Assembly: GCA_035529595.1 (NCBI GenBank)
Contig: DATKWK010000017.1
Coordinates: forward strand, 186,961 to 250,960
Direction of reading: 5' to 3'
DNA: 64,000 bases
From: Candidatus Bathyarchaeia archaeon
GTDB lineage: Bacteria > Patescibacteriota > Microgenomatia > PFEM01 > JAFGMK01
In this document: positions 40,677 through 50,595 of the stretch, one piece after another
How the letters are laid out: every line of letters begins with the position of its first letter
Numbering within the stretch: position 1 is the stretch's first letter
Translations under genes and position numbers: made by a program
Notes under the pieces: model-generated
What the model was told of the DNA's origin: nothing
Databases searched by the model: none
The model's input: only the letters and a program-made list of their open reading frames with translations

Positions 40677-41616
40677 TACTGATTTTTCTTTCCGGTTCAA
40701 TCGTGTAATCAATTTTTTTACCCTTGAGGATTTTTATTAACTGGCGCATAAGATAAGTGATTTGCCGGTAATCTTTGTATTCGAATTCGACTCTTGAAAC
40801 GAATTTCCGTCGGGTTTGGGAGAGTTCGGCAAAGCAGTCTTTTGGTTTAAGCTTTCTTTGAATAACATTTTCGACCAGAGCTAAAACCTTTTTCGAGTTT
40901 TGGGGTTTAGTAAAAGTTGCGATCTTAACTTTCTGGATCGCTAAATCGACATAGGGCGCTGTCCCCAAGATGTGCCTCTTTTGGGTTATGCTAACGATTT
41001 TTCCGTTTTTACCTTGATAAACTGCCTTTCTCTCCCGCCGCTCGTCGCGGCCAAGGTTAATCTTGACGACTTTTTTGTAAACCATCGCCCCAATAAGCTG
41101 ATGACTGGAAAAGAAATTTTTACCGGCGTTTAAGATTTCTTTTTCATTTTCAGACACATTTGGAGGTTTTCCCGTTAAGGCAATGAAAACGCATTCCGGC
41201 CTGGCAGTAATCAAGGTTTTTTTAAACTTCCAGTAAATCTTTTTTTGCGGCTTAACATCGGCGAGGATTACTCTTACCGATTGTACTTCTCCGCTTTTGA
41301 AAAGGAATCTTATTCTCTGGGTTAGGTAGTCTTGAGGGTAAAGGACGTAGAAGTCGAGTGTTTCCGATAACGGCTGAATTTCGGCTGGTTTTTCATCCGG
41401 CCTTTTTAGGTTTTCAAAAAGTTTTACCAGTTTTCTAAGACTCAAAGAAGTGTTTAAACAAAGAGCTAGCTCCCGGTGAATATTAATAGTGACAAATTCG
41501 GGAAAGTTAGGAAGGAAACCTTTTCTTCTTAATCTCTCTGTTTTTTCGACCGCCCAAAAGGGAATCTTTTCCATCGCTTTTAAATTTTGGAGGAAATCAA
41601 TTGAGCCAGGTTCCAT
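40621..41616 (-). CDS. Hypothetical protein
   Basis: 331-aa ORF with TATAAT 8 nt upstream; converges on and overlaps the tsaD 3' end. Confidence 0.65.
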   Translation of the reverse strand: MEPGSIDFLQNLKAMEKIPFWAVEKTERLRRKGFLPNFPEFVTINIHRELALCLNTSLSLRKLVKLFENLKRPDEKPAEIQPLSETLDFYVLYPQDYLTQRIRFLFKSGEVQSVRVILADVKPQKKIYWKFKKTLITARPECVFIALTGKPPNVSENEKEILNAGKNFFSSHQLIGAMVYKKVVKINLGRDERRERKAVYQGKNGKIVSITQKRHILGTAPYVDLAIQKVKIATFTKPQNSKKVLALVENVIQRKLKPKDCFAELSQTRRKFVSRVEFEYKDYRQITYLMRQLIKILKGKKIDYTIEPERKISINSLPKVSNRFSLPDPDD

Positions 41617-41723
41617 TACTGGTTATTATACAAGCATTTAGAGCATAAGGGAAAATAATGGTAAATTTAGTGCATGCTATAATAAAAAACAGAAGATAAG
41701 CTAAGTTAGCTGTTTAATCAAAA

Positions 41724-42908
41724 ATGACTAATTATCATTTTGCTTCCCGGGTTATCGGCGTTCCTGGTTCGGGGATTGGCTATATGATGAGATACGCTTC
41801 AAAGTACGACGGTGTCGTTTCTTTGGGCCAAGGCACTCCCTTGTTTCCTACGCCCGCATTCATTTATGACTACCTTTACCGGCGCTCAAAAACAGACTGG
41901 GAACTGGGGATGTATTCCGGTACTAAACTTGAAAATGAGCTTTTGGAGAAAATTACCAAGCAAATGGAAAGAATTTACGGTTTTAAGCCTGCCGGTGATG
42001 AGCTTTATTTAACCGTGGGCGGCATCGGCGCTTTATTTTCCGCCTTGATGGCCTTCCTTGATAAGGGCGATGAAATTATCTATTTTGATCCCAGCTATCC
42101 CTTGCATTTGTCCCAAATCCATTTAACTCAAGCAAAAACTGTTTTTGTCCCGCTTGATGAAAAAAAGGGTTGGTCGCTCGATCTAGTTAAGCTCAAAAAG
42201 GCGATTACCCCGAAAACCAAAGCCGTAATTTTGACCAATCCCAACAATCCTACCGGTACAGTTCTTTCACCAAATGAAGTAAAAGAGCTGGTCAAGATTG
42301 TTTTGGAGAACAACTTGATTTTAATTTTGGACGAGGCCTATGAGTTTCTGGTTTACGAAAAGCCGTTCTTCAGTCCGCTTGCGGTTCCGGAAATCAGAAA
42401 CAATGTTATTCTTTGCAAAAGTTTTTCCAAAGAATTTGCGATGACCGGTTGGCGGATCGGTTATGCCTACGCCAACAAAGAAATAATTTCCAAGATAAGA
42501 GACATTCATGTTTATTTCAGTATCAGTCCGGCGACTCCTTCAATTGTCGCGGCCACAGTTGCTCTCTCTGACCCGCGGGGGCACCAGGCAATGATGGAGT
42601 TTAGAGAAAAATTTCGGCAAAGCCGTCAGGTGATTTGTAACCGCTTGGACCGCTTGCCAAAGCTTTTTTCTTACCATAAACCGGATGGTGCCTATTATGT
42701 TTTTCCCAGGTTTTTGGGATTCGAGATTTCCGCCCTCGAATTTGCTAAACTGCTGGTTGACGAGGCCAAAGTAATTACCATTCCCGGAGGCTCAATGGGG
42801 CCAACCGGTGAGGGCCACCTGCGAATGTCTTTTGCCGCCGATAAAACGGTTATTCACAATGCTTTCGATAGAATCGACGCTTTTGCCAAAAAGCATCAAC
42901 TTTTATAA
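41724..42908 (+). CDS. PLP-dependent aminotransferase class I/II
   Basis: NPNNPTG, DEAY, SFSKEFAMTGWRIG. Confidence 0.93.
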   Translation: MTNYHFASRVIGVPGSGIGYMMRYASKYDGVVSLGQGTPLFPTPAFIYDYLYRRSKTDWELGMYSGTKLENELLEKITKQMERIYGFKPAGDELYLTVGGIGALFSALMAFLDKGDEIIYFDPSYPLHLSQIHLTQAKTVFVPLDEKKGWSLDLVKLKKAITPKTKAVILTNPNNPTGTVLSPNEVKELVKIVLENNLILILDEAYEFLVYEKPFFSPLAVPEIRNNVILCKSFSKEFAMTGWRIGYAYANKEIISKIRDIHVYFSISPATPSIVAATVALSDPRGHQAMMEFREKFRQSRQVICNRLDRLPKLFSYHKPDGAYYVFPRFLGFEISALEFAKLLVDEAKVITIPGGSMGPTGEGHLRMSFAADKTVIHNAFDRIDAFAKKHQLL

Positions 42909-42989
42909 GTAGCGTTTTTCTCTAATTTTTTATACTTTATTAGGCTCTTCTGCAGGGTTGGGTAAGAGTTCCTAAACCCCAGCAAAAAA

Positions 42990-43428
42990 ATGAAAGAAGA
43001 TATTGAGAAAGCCTTAGAGATAATCTTATCAGAAGTTGGTGCAACTAAATTTGCCTGGGCAGTTGTGGGAAGCGTTAGCCTCGCTAAACGGGGAGTGAAT
43101 ATTGAAGCGCATGATATAGATATCCTTGCAACCGAAAGAGACATCTTCAAACTTGAGAAAATCTTGAAAAAATTTATAACTGAACCGGTCAAGTACACTG
43201 AAACAGAATTCTTCAAATCTTATTTTGGCAAATTTACAGACAAAACAGGAGAATGCAAACTGGTCAGAAAAATCTAGGTTGGGTAAAGTGGTATTCTTTA
43301 ACTATAAAAATTTGGCTGTTCCCGTAATTCCCTTGACGGAAGAGTACAAGGCTTATGTGAGAATGGGCAGAGTAGAAACAGCGAAAAAAATTGAAAGGGT
43401 ATTGATCAATCGCAAAACAAAGTTATAA
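42990..43428 (+). pseudogene. Nucleotidyltransferase-family gene split by internal deletion/frameshift
   Basis: GS...HDIDI polbeta motif in 42990-43277; C-terminal half (EEYKAYVRMGR) continues in another frame from about 43226. Confidence 0.65.
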
Positions 43429-43491
43429 GGATATAATGGTTCTAGACCAGCCCGCTCAGTAATGGTATTAAAAATATAGTACAATTCGAAT

Positions 43492-43881
43492 ATGAAAGTT
43501 CTCCAGATAATCCCCGAGCTTTTGGTCGAAGATATGTCCAAGACAGTTTGTTTTTATAAAGACATACTTGGGTTTAAACCTGAAATAACCTTTCCTGAAA
43601 AAGATCCTACCTTTGTCCAAGTCGGGAGAGACGATATTCATATTATGTTATATGGCAGAAGCGAATTTGAAAAAGAGATACCGAAACTCAAAAAAGTAAA
43701 AATAGGCGGAACAGTTTTACTTTATATTAAAGCTAAGAAAATTGAGGATTTCTATAAACGGATTAATAAAGGTGTCACTGTTATCCAACAACTTCACAAA
43801 ACTGAATATGGTAGTGTTGAATTCACCATAGAAGATTGCAACGGATATCTTATTTGTTTTTCTGAAAGTATTTCAAAATAA
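43492..43881 (+). CDS. VOC/glyoxalase-bleomycin resistance family protein
   Basis: LLVEDMSKTVCFYKDILGF, YGSVEFTIEDCNGY. Confidence 0.88.
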   Translation: MKVLQIIPELLVEDMSKTVCFYKDILGFKPEITFPEKDPTFVQVGRDDIHIMLYGRSEFEKEIPKLKKVKIGGTVLLYIKAKKIEDFYKRINKGVTVIQQLHKTEYGSVEFTIEDCNGYLICFSESISK

Positions 43882-43965
43882 AAAATATTATAGATCTGCC
43901 TTGCCCAGCTTAACTTGTCGATAACCTTTATTGATATTTATTCAATACAAACGTAAAACAAAATA

Positions 43966-44397
43966 ATGAATATAGGAATTATTTATCTGATAATAATGGC
44001 TTTTTGTGCATCATCATATAGTGCTGCTCAAAAGCTTACCTCGCAATATTTTAGTCCTATTATTTCTCTTCTTATCTCAAACGTTGTTGTATTTATCCTG
44101 GGAGGCATAATCTTGCTTTATCAAAAAACTTCCAACCAAGAAATAATCATTACACCTCAAAAAATTATCTTTCCATTACTAGTAGGATTGTTCGCTACGG
44201 GAATTGAGTACTTTGCTGTGCTTGCATTTTCAAAAAAGATCCCTTTTAATATGGCCTCCGTCATTACTGGATCTATTGGAGTTTTACTTACCGTACTGTA
44301 CGGAAAGTATATTTTTCAAGAAGGGATAACGCCCCTACGTTTAACCGCCTTGATTTTAGCAGCAATATCCACTTTCTTAGTCTCGATTTCTTTTTAA
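43966..44397 (+). CDS. EamA/DMT-like single-domain transporter
   Basis: 5 TM, ending IFQEGITPLRLTALILA. Confidence 0.7.
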   Translation: MNIGIIYLIIMAFCASSYSAAQKLTSQYFSPIISLLISNVVVFILGGIILLYQKTSNQEIIITPQKIIFPLLVGLFATGIEYFAVLAFSKKIPFNMASVITGSIGVLLTVLYGKYIFQEGITPLRLTALILAAISTFLVSISF

Positions 44398-44517
44398 AAC
44401 AGTACAAGTAGAGAAGTACTATTTAGCTACCCGCATCTGTCTATCCTAGCCTTGATGTGAGATAATCGTTATACTCAGTTTGCAAGCTTTGCTTATAAGG
44501 ATAATAAGGCAAGTAAC

Positions 44518-44542
44518 TACCTTCGAGGTACTTTTCCCTTGT
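44518..44542 (+). repeat. Truncated family-A hairpin repeat
   Basis: TACCTTCGAGGTACTTTTCCCTTGT, inverted relative to 45398-45430; lacks the ACCTTGG arm. Confidence 0.65.
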
Positions 44543-44692
44543 TATTTAGGAAAGGAAAAACACCCTTTTCTTAAAAAAAGATTAATTCTTGATCTTTTTA
44601 AAGATGTTGATGACTACCAAGGGTTTGTTTTTAATCAAGCTGATTATCAAAGAAGCTTAGAAGAAATCAAACACCTAATTTGGGAGAAGTGA
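44543..44692 (+). mobile_element. C-terminal remnant 1 of RAYT/Y1 (IS200-like) HUH transposase
   Basis: YLGKEKHPFLKKRLILDLFKDVDDYQGFVFNQADYQRSLEEIKHLIWEK*, paralogous to remnant 2. Confidence 0.6.
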
Positions 44693-44786
44693 ATAGTTAA
44701 TATAGTTAATAAGGTGCAGGAAGTAAACCAGTTATACTTTATCGCATCGCCGAGACGACGAGGAAGAAGTTTGTCTTCCAATTCAA

Positions 44787-45071
44787 GTGAAAATTAAAAG
44801 TCAAATAATAATCATTGCTCTTACTTTATTGATCTACTTGGTAAAAAGTCTACAAGTATTGATTGCATTGGGAATTTTGGGAATTTTCTTTGTATTTGGA
44901 CTGGTGATTGCGGAAGCATATTCACTTCACAACTTGAGGTTTGTGATTGCCTCGGTCGTGGCTTTTGGTGTATTACTCATCAGCGAGCTTATAAAAAGAA
45001 AAGTAAAAAGGGAAAAACAGCCACCGCCGAGAGGAAAATCGGGCTATGAAAAATTCTATGAAAAGTTATAA
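44787..45071 (+). CDS. Small hypothetical membrane protein
   Basis: GTG start, 2-3 hydrophobic segments, basic tail; lies between the two transposase remnants. Confidence 0.45.
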   Translation: MKIKSQIIIIALTLLIYLVKSLQVLIALGILGIFFVFGLVIAEAYSLHNLRFVIASVVAFGVLLISELIKRKVKREKQPPPRGKSGYEKFYEKL

Positions 45072-45216
45072 TTCCCATAAGGGGAATACAAAATTGGTTT
45101 TAGTGAGGAGCGCGTTTGGATTTTACTTAAGAGATTCTTAGTGTCGTCTTAGTCTCTTTTGATGACTGCCAAAGGTTCTCAAGCTGGCAAAATCATTTGA
45201 AAGAGCCAATTTCGGT

Positions 45217-45393
45217 TACTATCCTTGGTCATCGTTGTCGGATTATTTGGGAGAAAACAAATATCCTTTTCTTGAAAAAAAGCTCATCCTTGATTTATTC
45301 AGGGACAAAGAAGATTACCGAGAATTTATTTTTAATCAAGCTGATTACCAAAGGGAACTGGAAAAGATTAAGCATTTGACTTGGGAGGCTTAA
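45217..45393 (+). mobile_element. C-terminal remnant 2 of RAYT/Y1 HUH transposase
   Basis: Frame not in ORF track: YYPWSSLSDYLGENKYPFLEKKLILDLFRDKEDYREFIFNQADYQRELEKIKHLTWEA*; YPWSS is typical of RAYT C-termini. Confidence 0.65.
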
Positions 45394-45397
45394 TATT

Positions 45398-45430
45398 CCA
45401 AGGTACAAGGGGGAAAGTACCTTGAAGGTG
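45398..45430 (-). repeat. Family-A hairpin repeat (33 nt)
   Basis: Reverse complement CACCTTCAAGGT-ACTTTCCCCCTTGT-ACCTTGG, 4 nt after the transposase-remnant stop. Confidence 0.75.
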
Positions 45431-45609
45431 AAGATATATGAAGGTGAAGACACCTTTCTGATAAAAAAACCGGCAGGATCCTTTAACTTAATTGTAGACC
45501 TGAAAATAGAAACGTCCCAGACCGGCCTACTCAGCTAAATCTTTAGTTCGATAGCCTCTTTCTTCTCAATTTATTTACATTTAGTTTCTGGTGTTTTAAC
45601 ATAAAAACC

Positions 45610-46140
45610 ATGCCGTTATACTTTATTACCGGGAATAAAGGAAAATTTGAAGAAGTAAAAGCTCTTATTCCTCGAGTCAAACAGCTGGACATTGACCTAC
45701 CGGAGATCCAGGATATCGACGCCAAAAAAATTATTTCAGAGAAACTAAAAGCCGTTCTCAAATATCATCAGGGAGAATTTTTTGTCGAAGATACATCATT
45801 ATACTTTGATTGTCTTAATGGTTTGCCCGGCCCTTTAATTAAATGGTTTTTGGAAACAATTGGTAATGAAGGCTTATTCTCTATCACTGATAAATTTAAA
45901 AACTACAGAGCAGTTGCTAAAACCATTATCGGCTATGCAAAAGATAAAGCAAATATCTCTTTTTACGAAGGAGTTTTAAAGGGCAGTGTCACTGCTCCCC
46001 GAGGAAAATCAGGTTTCGGATGGGACCCTATCTTTCAACCTGAAGGACAAGAAAAAACCTTTGCGGAGATGTCACAAGAAGAGAAAAACTTATTAAGCAT
46101 GAGGAAATTAGCTGTCTTACAATTAAAACAAGACTTATAA
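45610..46140 (+). CDS. rdgB: Non-canonical purine NTP pyrophosphatase (Ham1/ITPase)
   Basis: FITGNKGKFEE, VEDTSL, GLPGPLIKWF, FGWDPIF. Confidence 0.92.
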   Translation: MPLYFITGNKGKFEEVKALIPRVKQLDIDLPEIQDIDAKKIISEKLKAVLKYHQGEFFVEDTSLYFDCLNGLPGPLIKWFLETIGNEGLFSITDKFKNYRAVAKTIIGYAKDKANISFYEGVLKGSVTAPRGKSGFGWDPIFQPEGQEKTFAEMSQEEKNLLSMRKLAVLQLKQDL

Positions 46141-46171
46141 GCTATTTAAAATTTTTTTCAGGAGTAAAGAC

Positions 46172-46288
46172 TAGAACTTATTTCAAAACTCTGTTGTCAT
46201 TCCGATCCCGCATCTAGCTTAAGCGCTTCGCTAGATCCTTCGGCTTCGCCTCAGGATGACGTGGGAAGTAGGTTTTGAAATGATTCTA
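46172..46288. repeat. Palindromic REP/MITE-like element, family B
   Basis: Outer IR TAGAACTTATTTCAAAAC/GTTTTGAAATGATTCTA enclosing GTCATTCCG...AGATCC...CAGGATGAC. Confidence 0.7.
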
Positions 46289-46338
46289 AAATATTAGAGT
46301 CATTGATTTGTAAATACAAGAACGGGTAGAAATTCTTT

Positions 46339-46674
46339 ATGGCAGACAAATGTTCTCAGTGCGGCCTTTGTTGTCGTTTATTTTCGGTGAATCTAACCGA
46401 AAAAGAATATCGCTCCGGTAAATATCGGACTCAGTTTGAGGATCTTGGCCTGATTGATGATTTTAACCAGGCAGCCGCCTGCGGGGCAAATATTCTTAAA
46501 CAAAAAGCAGATGGCAGTTGCTTCTATCTTAAGCGAAACAAATGCTCTATTCATGAAATCAGGGCCCAAGTTTGCCGAGAGTTTTTTTGCACTTCGAAGT
46601 TGAAAAAGTTCAGAAAAATGATTGAGCAGATCGAAAAGACACGGGCCAGTTTGGAGAGGGGGAAAACCAGGTAG
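46339..46674 (+). CDS. YkgJ-family cysteine-cluster (CxxCxxCC) protein
   Basis: CSQCGLCC, CFYL, CSIHEIRAQVCREF. Confidence 0.85.
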   Translation: MADKCSQCGLCCRLFSVNLTEKEYRSGKYRTQFEDLGLIDDFNQAAACGANILKQKADGSCFYLKRNKCSIHEIRAQVCREFFCTSKLKKFRKMIEQIEKTRASLERGKTR

Positions 46675-46688
46675 CTTAGATCCGTTTT

Positions 46689-46886
46689 GTGTGCTATAAT
46701 CAAAACATAAATATAAATACAAAATCTTCAGTAGATGAGCTCATTGCCATTTTCTTAAAAAAGGGTGGGCGGATCGATAAATATTACCTTCGGGGATGGA
46801 ATAGAAATAAATATACGATTATCTATCTTAACGGCTGGTTTGGCGGAAAAAACATTCGTGAAGCACTTATGAAGTCACTTGCATAG
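46689..46886 (+). CDS. Small hypothetical protein (start uncertain; possibly ATA 46707)
   Basis: Open frame; the listed GTG lies inside a TGCTATAAT -10 box. Confidence 0.4.
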   Translation: MCYNQNININTKSSVDELIAIFLKKGGRIDKYYLRGWNRNKYTIIYLNGWFGGKNIREALMKSLA

Positions 46887-46894
46887 ACAGCTCT

Positions 46895-46965
46895 TTGCTT
46901 TTTTCTTCTGAGTCTGTTAGAATTATCCCGAAGTTTTACTGCTTCTTAAAGAAGGCAGTTTTTTT
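46895..46965 (+). promoter_or_regulatory. fusA promoter and leader hairpin with U-tract
   Basis: TTGCTT-17-TAGAAT (extended TG); ACTGCTTCT/AGAAGGCAGT followed by a T-run. Confidence 0.55.
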
Positions 46966-47009
46966 AATTTCGAAATTTTAAAAAACTGATTAATTAAGGG
47001 AAGCCATTC

Positions 47010-49160
47010 ATGGGAAATCAAATCGTAAAGTCAGACAAAAAAGTGCCTTTGGGTAGAATCCGCAATATCGGTATTATCGCTCACATTGATGCGGGTAAAA
47101 CTACTACTACCGAGCGGGTTCTTTATTACACCGGCAAGACCTATAAAATCGGTGATATTGACGAGGGAACAACGCAGATGGACTGGATGGACCAGGAGAG
47201 AGAACGGGGAATCACCATCATGTCAGCGGCGACTACCACCTTTTGGATGCTTAAAGAAGAAGGCGCAGTTGCCGAAGGTTCTTACCGGATAAACATTATT
47301 GATACTCCCGGCCATGTCGATTTTACGGCTGAGGTTGAAAGATCGCTTCGTGTTTTAGACGGCGCGGTTATGGTTTTTGATGCCGAAGAAGGGGTTCAAT
47401 CGCAATCAGAGACGGTTTGGCATCAGGCCAGCCGTTATCATGTCCCCCGGATTTGTTTTATCAATAAAATGGATAAATTGGGAGCTGATTTTGATCGAAC
47501 TGTCGAGATGATCAAGGATCGTTTGGGGGCGAAAACGGCCATTCTTTCATATCCGGTCGGAGCGGAAAAAGATTTTCGTGGAGTGGTATTGGTTTTGGAA
47601 AGAAAAGCCTATATCTGGGATGATAAAAAAGATCCTAAGGGTGAAAAATTTGAGGAGGTCGAAATCCCCAAAGAGTTAACTTCTAAAGTCGAGAAAATTA
47701 GAAATATTGTCGTGGAAGCAATCTGTGAAACTGATGATGAATTAACGGCGAAGTTTCTTGAAGGAGAAGAGATCACGATTAATGAACTTAAGCGTGCTCT
47801 CAGAAAAGCGACTGTTAAAAATCAATTGGTGCCAATTTATGTGGGCGCTTCTTTAAGAAATAAAGGCGTTCAGGCAATGCTCGACGGGATTGTCGAATTT
47901 CTTCCCAGTCCTTTGGATCTACCGCCAATTGAGGGAGTCAGTCCGGTTACGGGAGAAAAGGAGTTCCGGCCGCCTGATCCCCAGGCTTATTTTTCCGGTT
48001 TGGCTTTTAAGATTCAAACTGATCCGCACGTTGGCCGGTTAACCTATCTTCGCCTTTACTCAGGAACGATAAAACCGGGCGATAATGTTTTAAATACCAA
48101 GGCTGGTAGACATGAAAGGATTGGCCGCTTGCTTTTAATGCACGCTAACAACCGGGAGGAAATTAACGAGGCTTTTGCCGGTGAAATTGTCGCGATTGTC
48201 GGTTTGAAACAGGTTACCACCGGCGATACTCTCTGTGATTCGGCTCACCCGTTGACTTTAGAATCAATTAAGTTTCCCGAACCGGTGATTTCTCTGGCAA
48301 TTGAACCAAAGACGCGTGCCGATCAGGAGAAATTGGGCTTTGCTCTTAATAAGCTCTCCGATGAGGATCCGACTTTTAAGATAAAGAGCGATCGGGAAAC
48401 CGGACAAACTATTATCTCCGGAATGGGCGAACTTCACCTTGAGATTATTGTTGACCGGATGAAGCGTGAGTTTCAGGTTGACGCTCATACCGGCCGGCCT
48501 CAAGTAGCCTACAAGGAAACGATTAAAAAAACTGCCTCTGCCGAAGGCAAGTATATTCGTCAATCCGGTGGCCGGGGTCAATACGGACATTGTCTTTTGA
48601 GAATTGACCCTCTTGGCAGAGGAGAAGGTTTTAAATTTGCCAATGAAATTAGAGGAACCGCAATTCCTTCGGTCTTTATTCCGGCGATAGAAAAGGGGGT
48701 TAAAGAGGCGATGGAGAATGGAGTTTTGGCTGGTTATCCGATTGTCGATACGGCAGTTGCCGTTTACGACGGTAGTTATCACGAGGTGGACTCTTCAGAG
48801 ATTGCTTTTAAAATCGCCGGTTCGATCGCTCTTCAGGAAGCGGTCAAACGGGCCAATCCGGTTCTTTTAGAACCGATTATGAAAATGGAAGTGACTACCC
48901 CAGAAGAATTTATGGGTGATATTATCGGTGATCTTTCGGCTAAACGGGCTCAAATTTTAGGAACGGAAATGAGAGGCAAGATTAGAGTAATTAAAGCTTT
49001 GATTCCTCTGGCCGAAGTTTCCGGTTACGCTACCACTATCAGAAGCATGAGTCAGGGACGAGCCAGTTTCTATATGGAGCCGAGCCATTATCAGGAAGTA
49101 CCGGTTCAGGTTGCCGAAAAGATTGTCGCGGCAAAGAAAGGGACGGTAACAAAGGAGTGA
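47010..49160 (+). CDS. fusA: Elongation factor G
   Basis: AHIDAGKTTTTER, DTPGHVDF, NKMD, GMGELHL, RQSGGRGQYG. Confidence 0.99.
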   Translation: MGNQIVKSDKKVPLGRIRNIGIIAHIDAGKTTTTERVLYYTGKTYKIGDIDEGTTQMDWMDQERERGITIMSAATTTFWMLKEEGAVAEGSYRINIIDTPGHVDFTAEVERSLRVLDGAVMVFDAEEGVQSQSETVWHQASRYHVPRICFINKMDKLGADFDRTVEMIKDRLGAKTAILSYPVGAEKDFRGVVLVLERKAYIWDDKKDPKGEKFEEVEIPKELTSKVEKIRNIVVEAICETDDELTAKFLEGEEITINELKRALRKATVKNQLVPIYVGASLRNKGVQAMLDGIVEFLPSPLDLPPIEGVSPVTGEKEFRPPDPQAYFSGLAFKIQTDPHVGRLTYLRLYSGTIKPGDNVLNTKAGRHERIGRLLLMHANNREEINEAFAGEIVAIVGLKQVTTGDTLCDSAHPLTLESIKFPEPVISLAIEPKTRADQEKLGFALNKLSDEDPTFKIKSDRETGQTIISGMGELHLEIIVDRMKREFQVDAHTGRPQVAYKETIKKTASAEGKYIRQSGGRGQYGHCLLRIDPLGRGEGFKFANEIRGTAIPSVFIPAIEKGVKEAMENGVLAGYPIVDTAVAVYDGSYHEVDSSEIAFKIAGSIALQEAVKRANPVLLEPIMKMEVTTPEEFMGDIIGDLSAKRAQILGTEMRGKIRVIKALIPLAEVSGYATTIRSMSQGRASFYMEPSHYQEVPVQVAEKIVAAKKGTVTKE

Positions 49161-49283
49161 AAAAAAGTTTCGCTTGCAATTAAAAGAGGAATGTATTAAA
49201 ATTTGGCGAGTTACCTGCTTGAACTGAAAATAATCAGGCGGTAAAATTTCTCTAAAAAATTAAATTAAAAAGAGGAGGCATTT

Positions 49284-50489
49284 ATGGCAGAAAAGAAGAA
49301 ATATGAAAGAACTAAACCCCATGTAAATATTGGAACTATTGGTCATGTTGATCACGGGAAGACGACTTTGACCAGTGCTATTAGCAAAGTCTTGACTGCC
49401 GCCGGTTTTAGCGATAAATTTTACGCCTATGATGAAATCGACAACGCGCCTGAAGAAAAAGAAAGAGGCCTGACGATTTCTATTACCCATATTGAATACG
49501 AAACCGCCAGCCGTCACTATGCACACATTGACTGTCCGGGACATAAAGACTACGTCAAGAACATGATTACCGGCGCCGCGCAGATGGACGGAGCAATATT
49601 GGTGGTTTCTGCCAAAGACGGACCAATGCCCCAGACAAGAGAACATATCCTTTTAGCGCGCCAGGTAAACGTTCCGGGAATGGTCGTCTTTTTAAACATG
49701 ATTGATGTGGTTGATGATAAAGAGTTAATCGATTTGGTGGAGATTGAAGTCAGGGAACTTTTATCAAAATATAAGTTTCCTGGTGATGAAATTCCGGTGA
49801 TTCGCGGTTCAGCTCTCAAGGCGGTTGAATGCGGTTGCGGAAAGAAAGACTGCCAATGGTGTGGGGCGATCTTGGAGCTGATGGATAAGGTAGACAGTTA
49901 TATTCCGACGCCCAAGCGTGATGTTGACAAACCCTTCCTGATGCCGATTGAAGACGTCTTTTCCATCAAAGGCCGGGGTACGGTTGTTACCGGAAGAGTG
50001 GAACGGGGTAAGGTTGAGATTAATCAGGAAGTTGAGATTGTCGGTATAAAGGAAAGCCGGAAGACAATTGTTACCGGTGTGGAGATGTTTAGAAAAACCC
50101 TTGATTTTGGCCAAGCCGGGGATAATATTGGTGTTTTATTACGGGGAATTGAACAGGATGACGTCGAACGGGGCCAAGTTTTGGCAGCGCCGGGAGCGAT
50201 TACTCCTCATACCGAGTTTGACTGTGAGGCGTATATTCTGACCAAGGAAGAAGGCGGCCGCCATAAGCCTTTTTTCACTGGTTATAAACCTCAGTTTTAT
50301 ATCAGAACTACCGATGTAACCGGCGAAGTCATGCTGTCAAAGGGAGTGGAGATGGTTATGCCCGGAGATAATGCCAGGATGAGCGTTAAACTGATTACCC
50401 CGGTAGCTATGGAAGAAGGCCTGCGGTTTGCTATTAGAGAAGGCGGCATGACCGTAGGGGCAGGAGTCATCAGTAAGATTGTTAAGTAG
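49284..50489 (+). CDS. tuf: Elongation factor Tu
   Basis: [28 protein letters not shown]. Confidence 0.99.
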   Translation: MAEKKKYERTKPHVNIGTIGHVDHGKTTLTSAISKVLTAAGFSDKFYAYDEIDNAPEEKERGLTISITHIEYETASRHYAHIDCPGHKDYVKNMITGAAQMDGAILVVSAKDGPMPQTREHILLARQVNVPGMVVFLNMIDVVDDKELIDLVEIEVRELLSKYKFPGDEIPVIRGSALKAVECGCGKKDCQWCGAILELMDKVDSYIPTPKRDVDKPFLMPIEDVFSIKGRGTVVTGRVERGKVEINQEVEIVGIKESRKTIVTGVEMFRKTLDFGQAGDNIGVLLRGIEQDDVERGQVLAAPGAITPHTEFDCEAYILTKEEGGRHKPFFTGYKPQFYIRTTDVTGEVMLSKGVEMVMPGDNARMSVKLITPVAMEEGLRFAIREGGMTVGAGVISKIVK

Positions 50490-50595
50490 AATTGTCCGGC
50501 AATTGATTAAGTTAGTCTAAATGATTTATTGATTTCTGAATAGGGCTGCCGAAAAAACAAGTCGAAAACTAAAAAAAAATTCAGGTTTTGAAGCA

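Noticed and set aside
44480-44542. N-terminus of the 70-aa ORF 44480-44692
   Set aside because: It reads through the family-A repeat; only the part from 44543 is transposase-like.
45197-45379. 60-aa ORF MKEPISV...
   Set aside because: Wrong frame; the meaningful peptide is the overlapping transposase remnant 45217-45393.
45025-46020. PRGKSG peptide shared by ORF 44787 and Ham1
   Set aside because: Six residues with differing codons and no flanking similarity; probably chance.
42900-46900. Integron cassette array (run of small same-strand genes)
   Set aside because: No recurring attC-like RYYYAAC...GTTRRRY sites or integrase seen; several genes have their own -10 boxes.
9426-49160. Alternative genetic code (UGA=Gly as in Gracilibacteria)
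   Set aside because: TGA ends pnp, infB and fusA at expected positions and long genes have no in-frame TGA.
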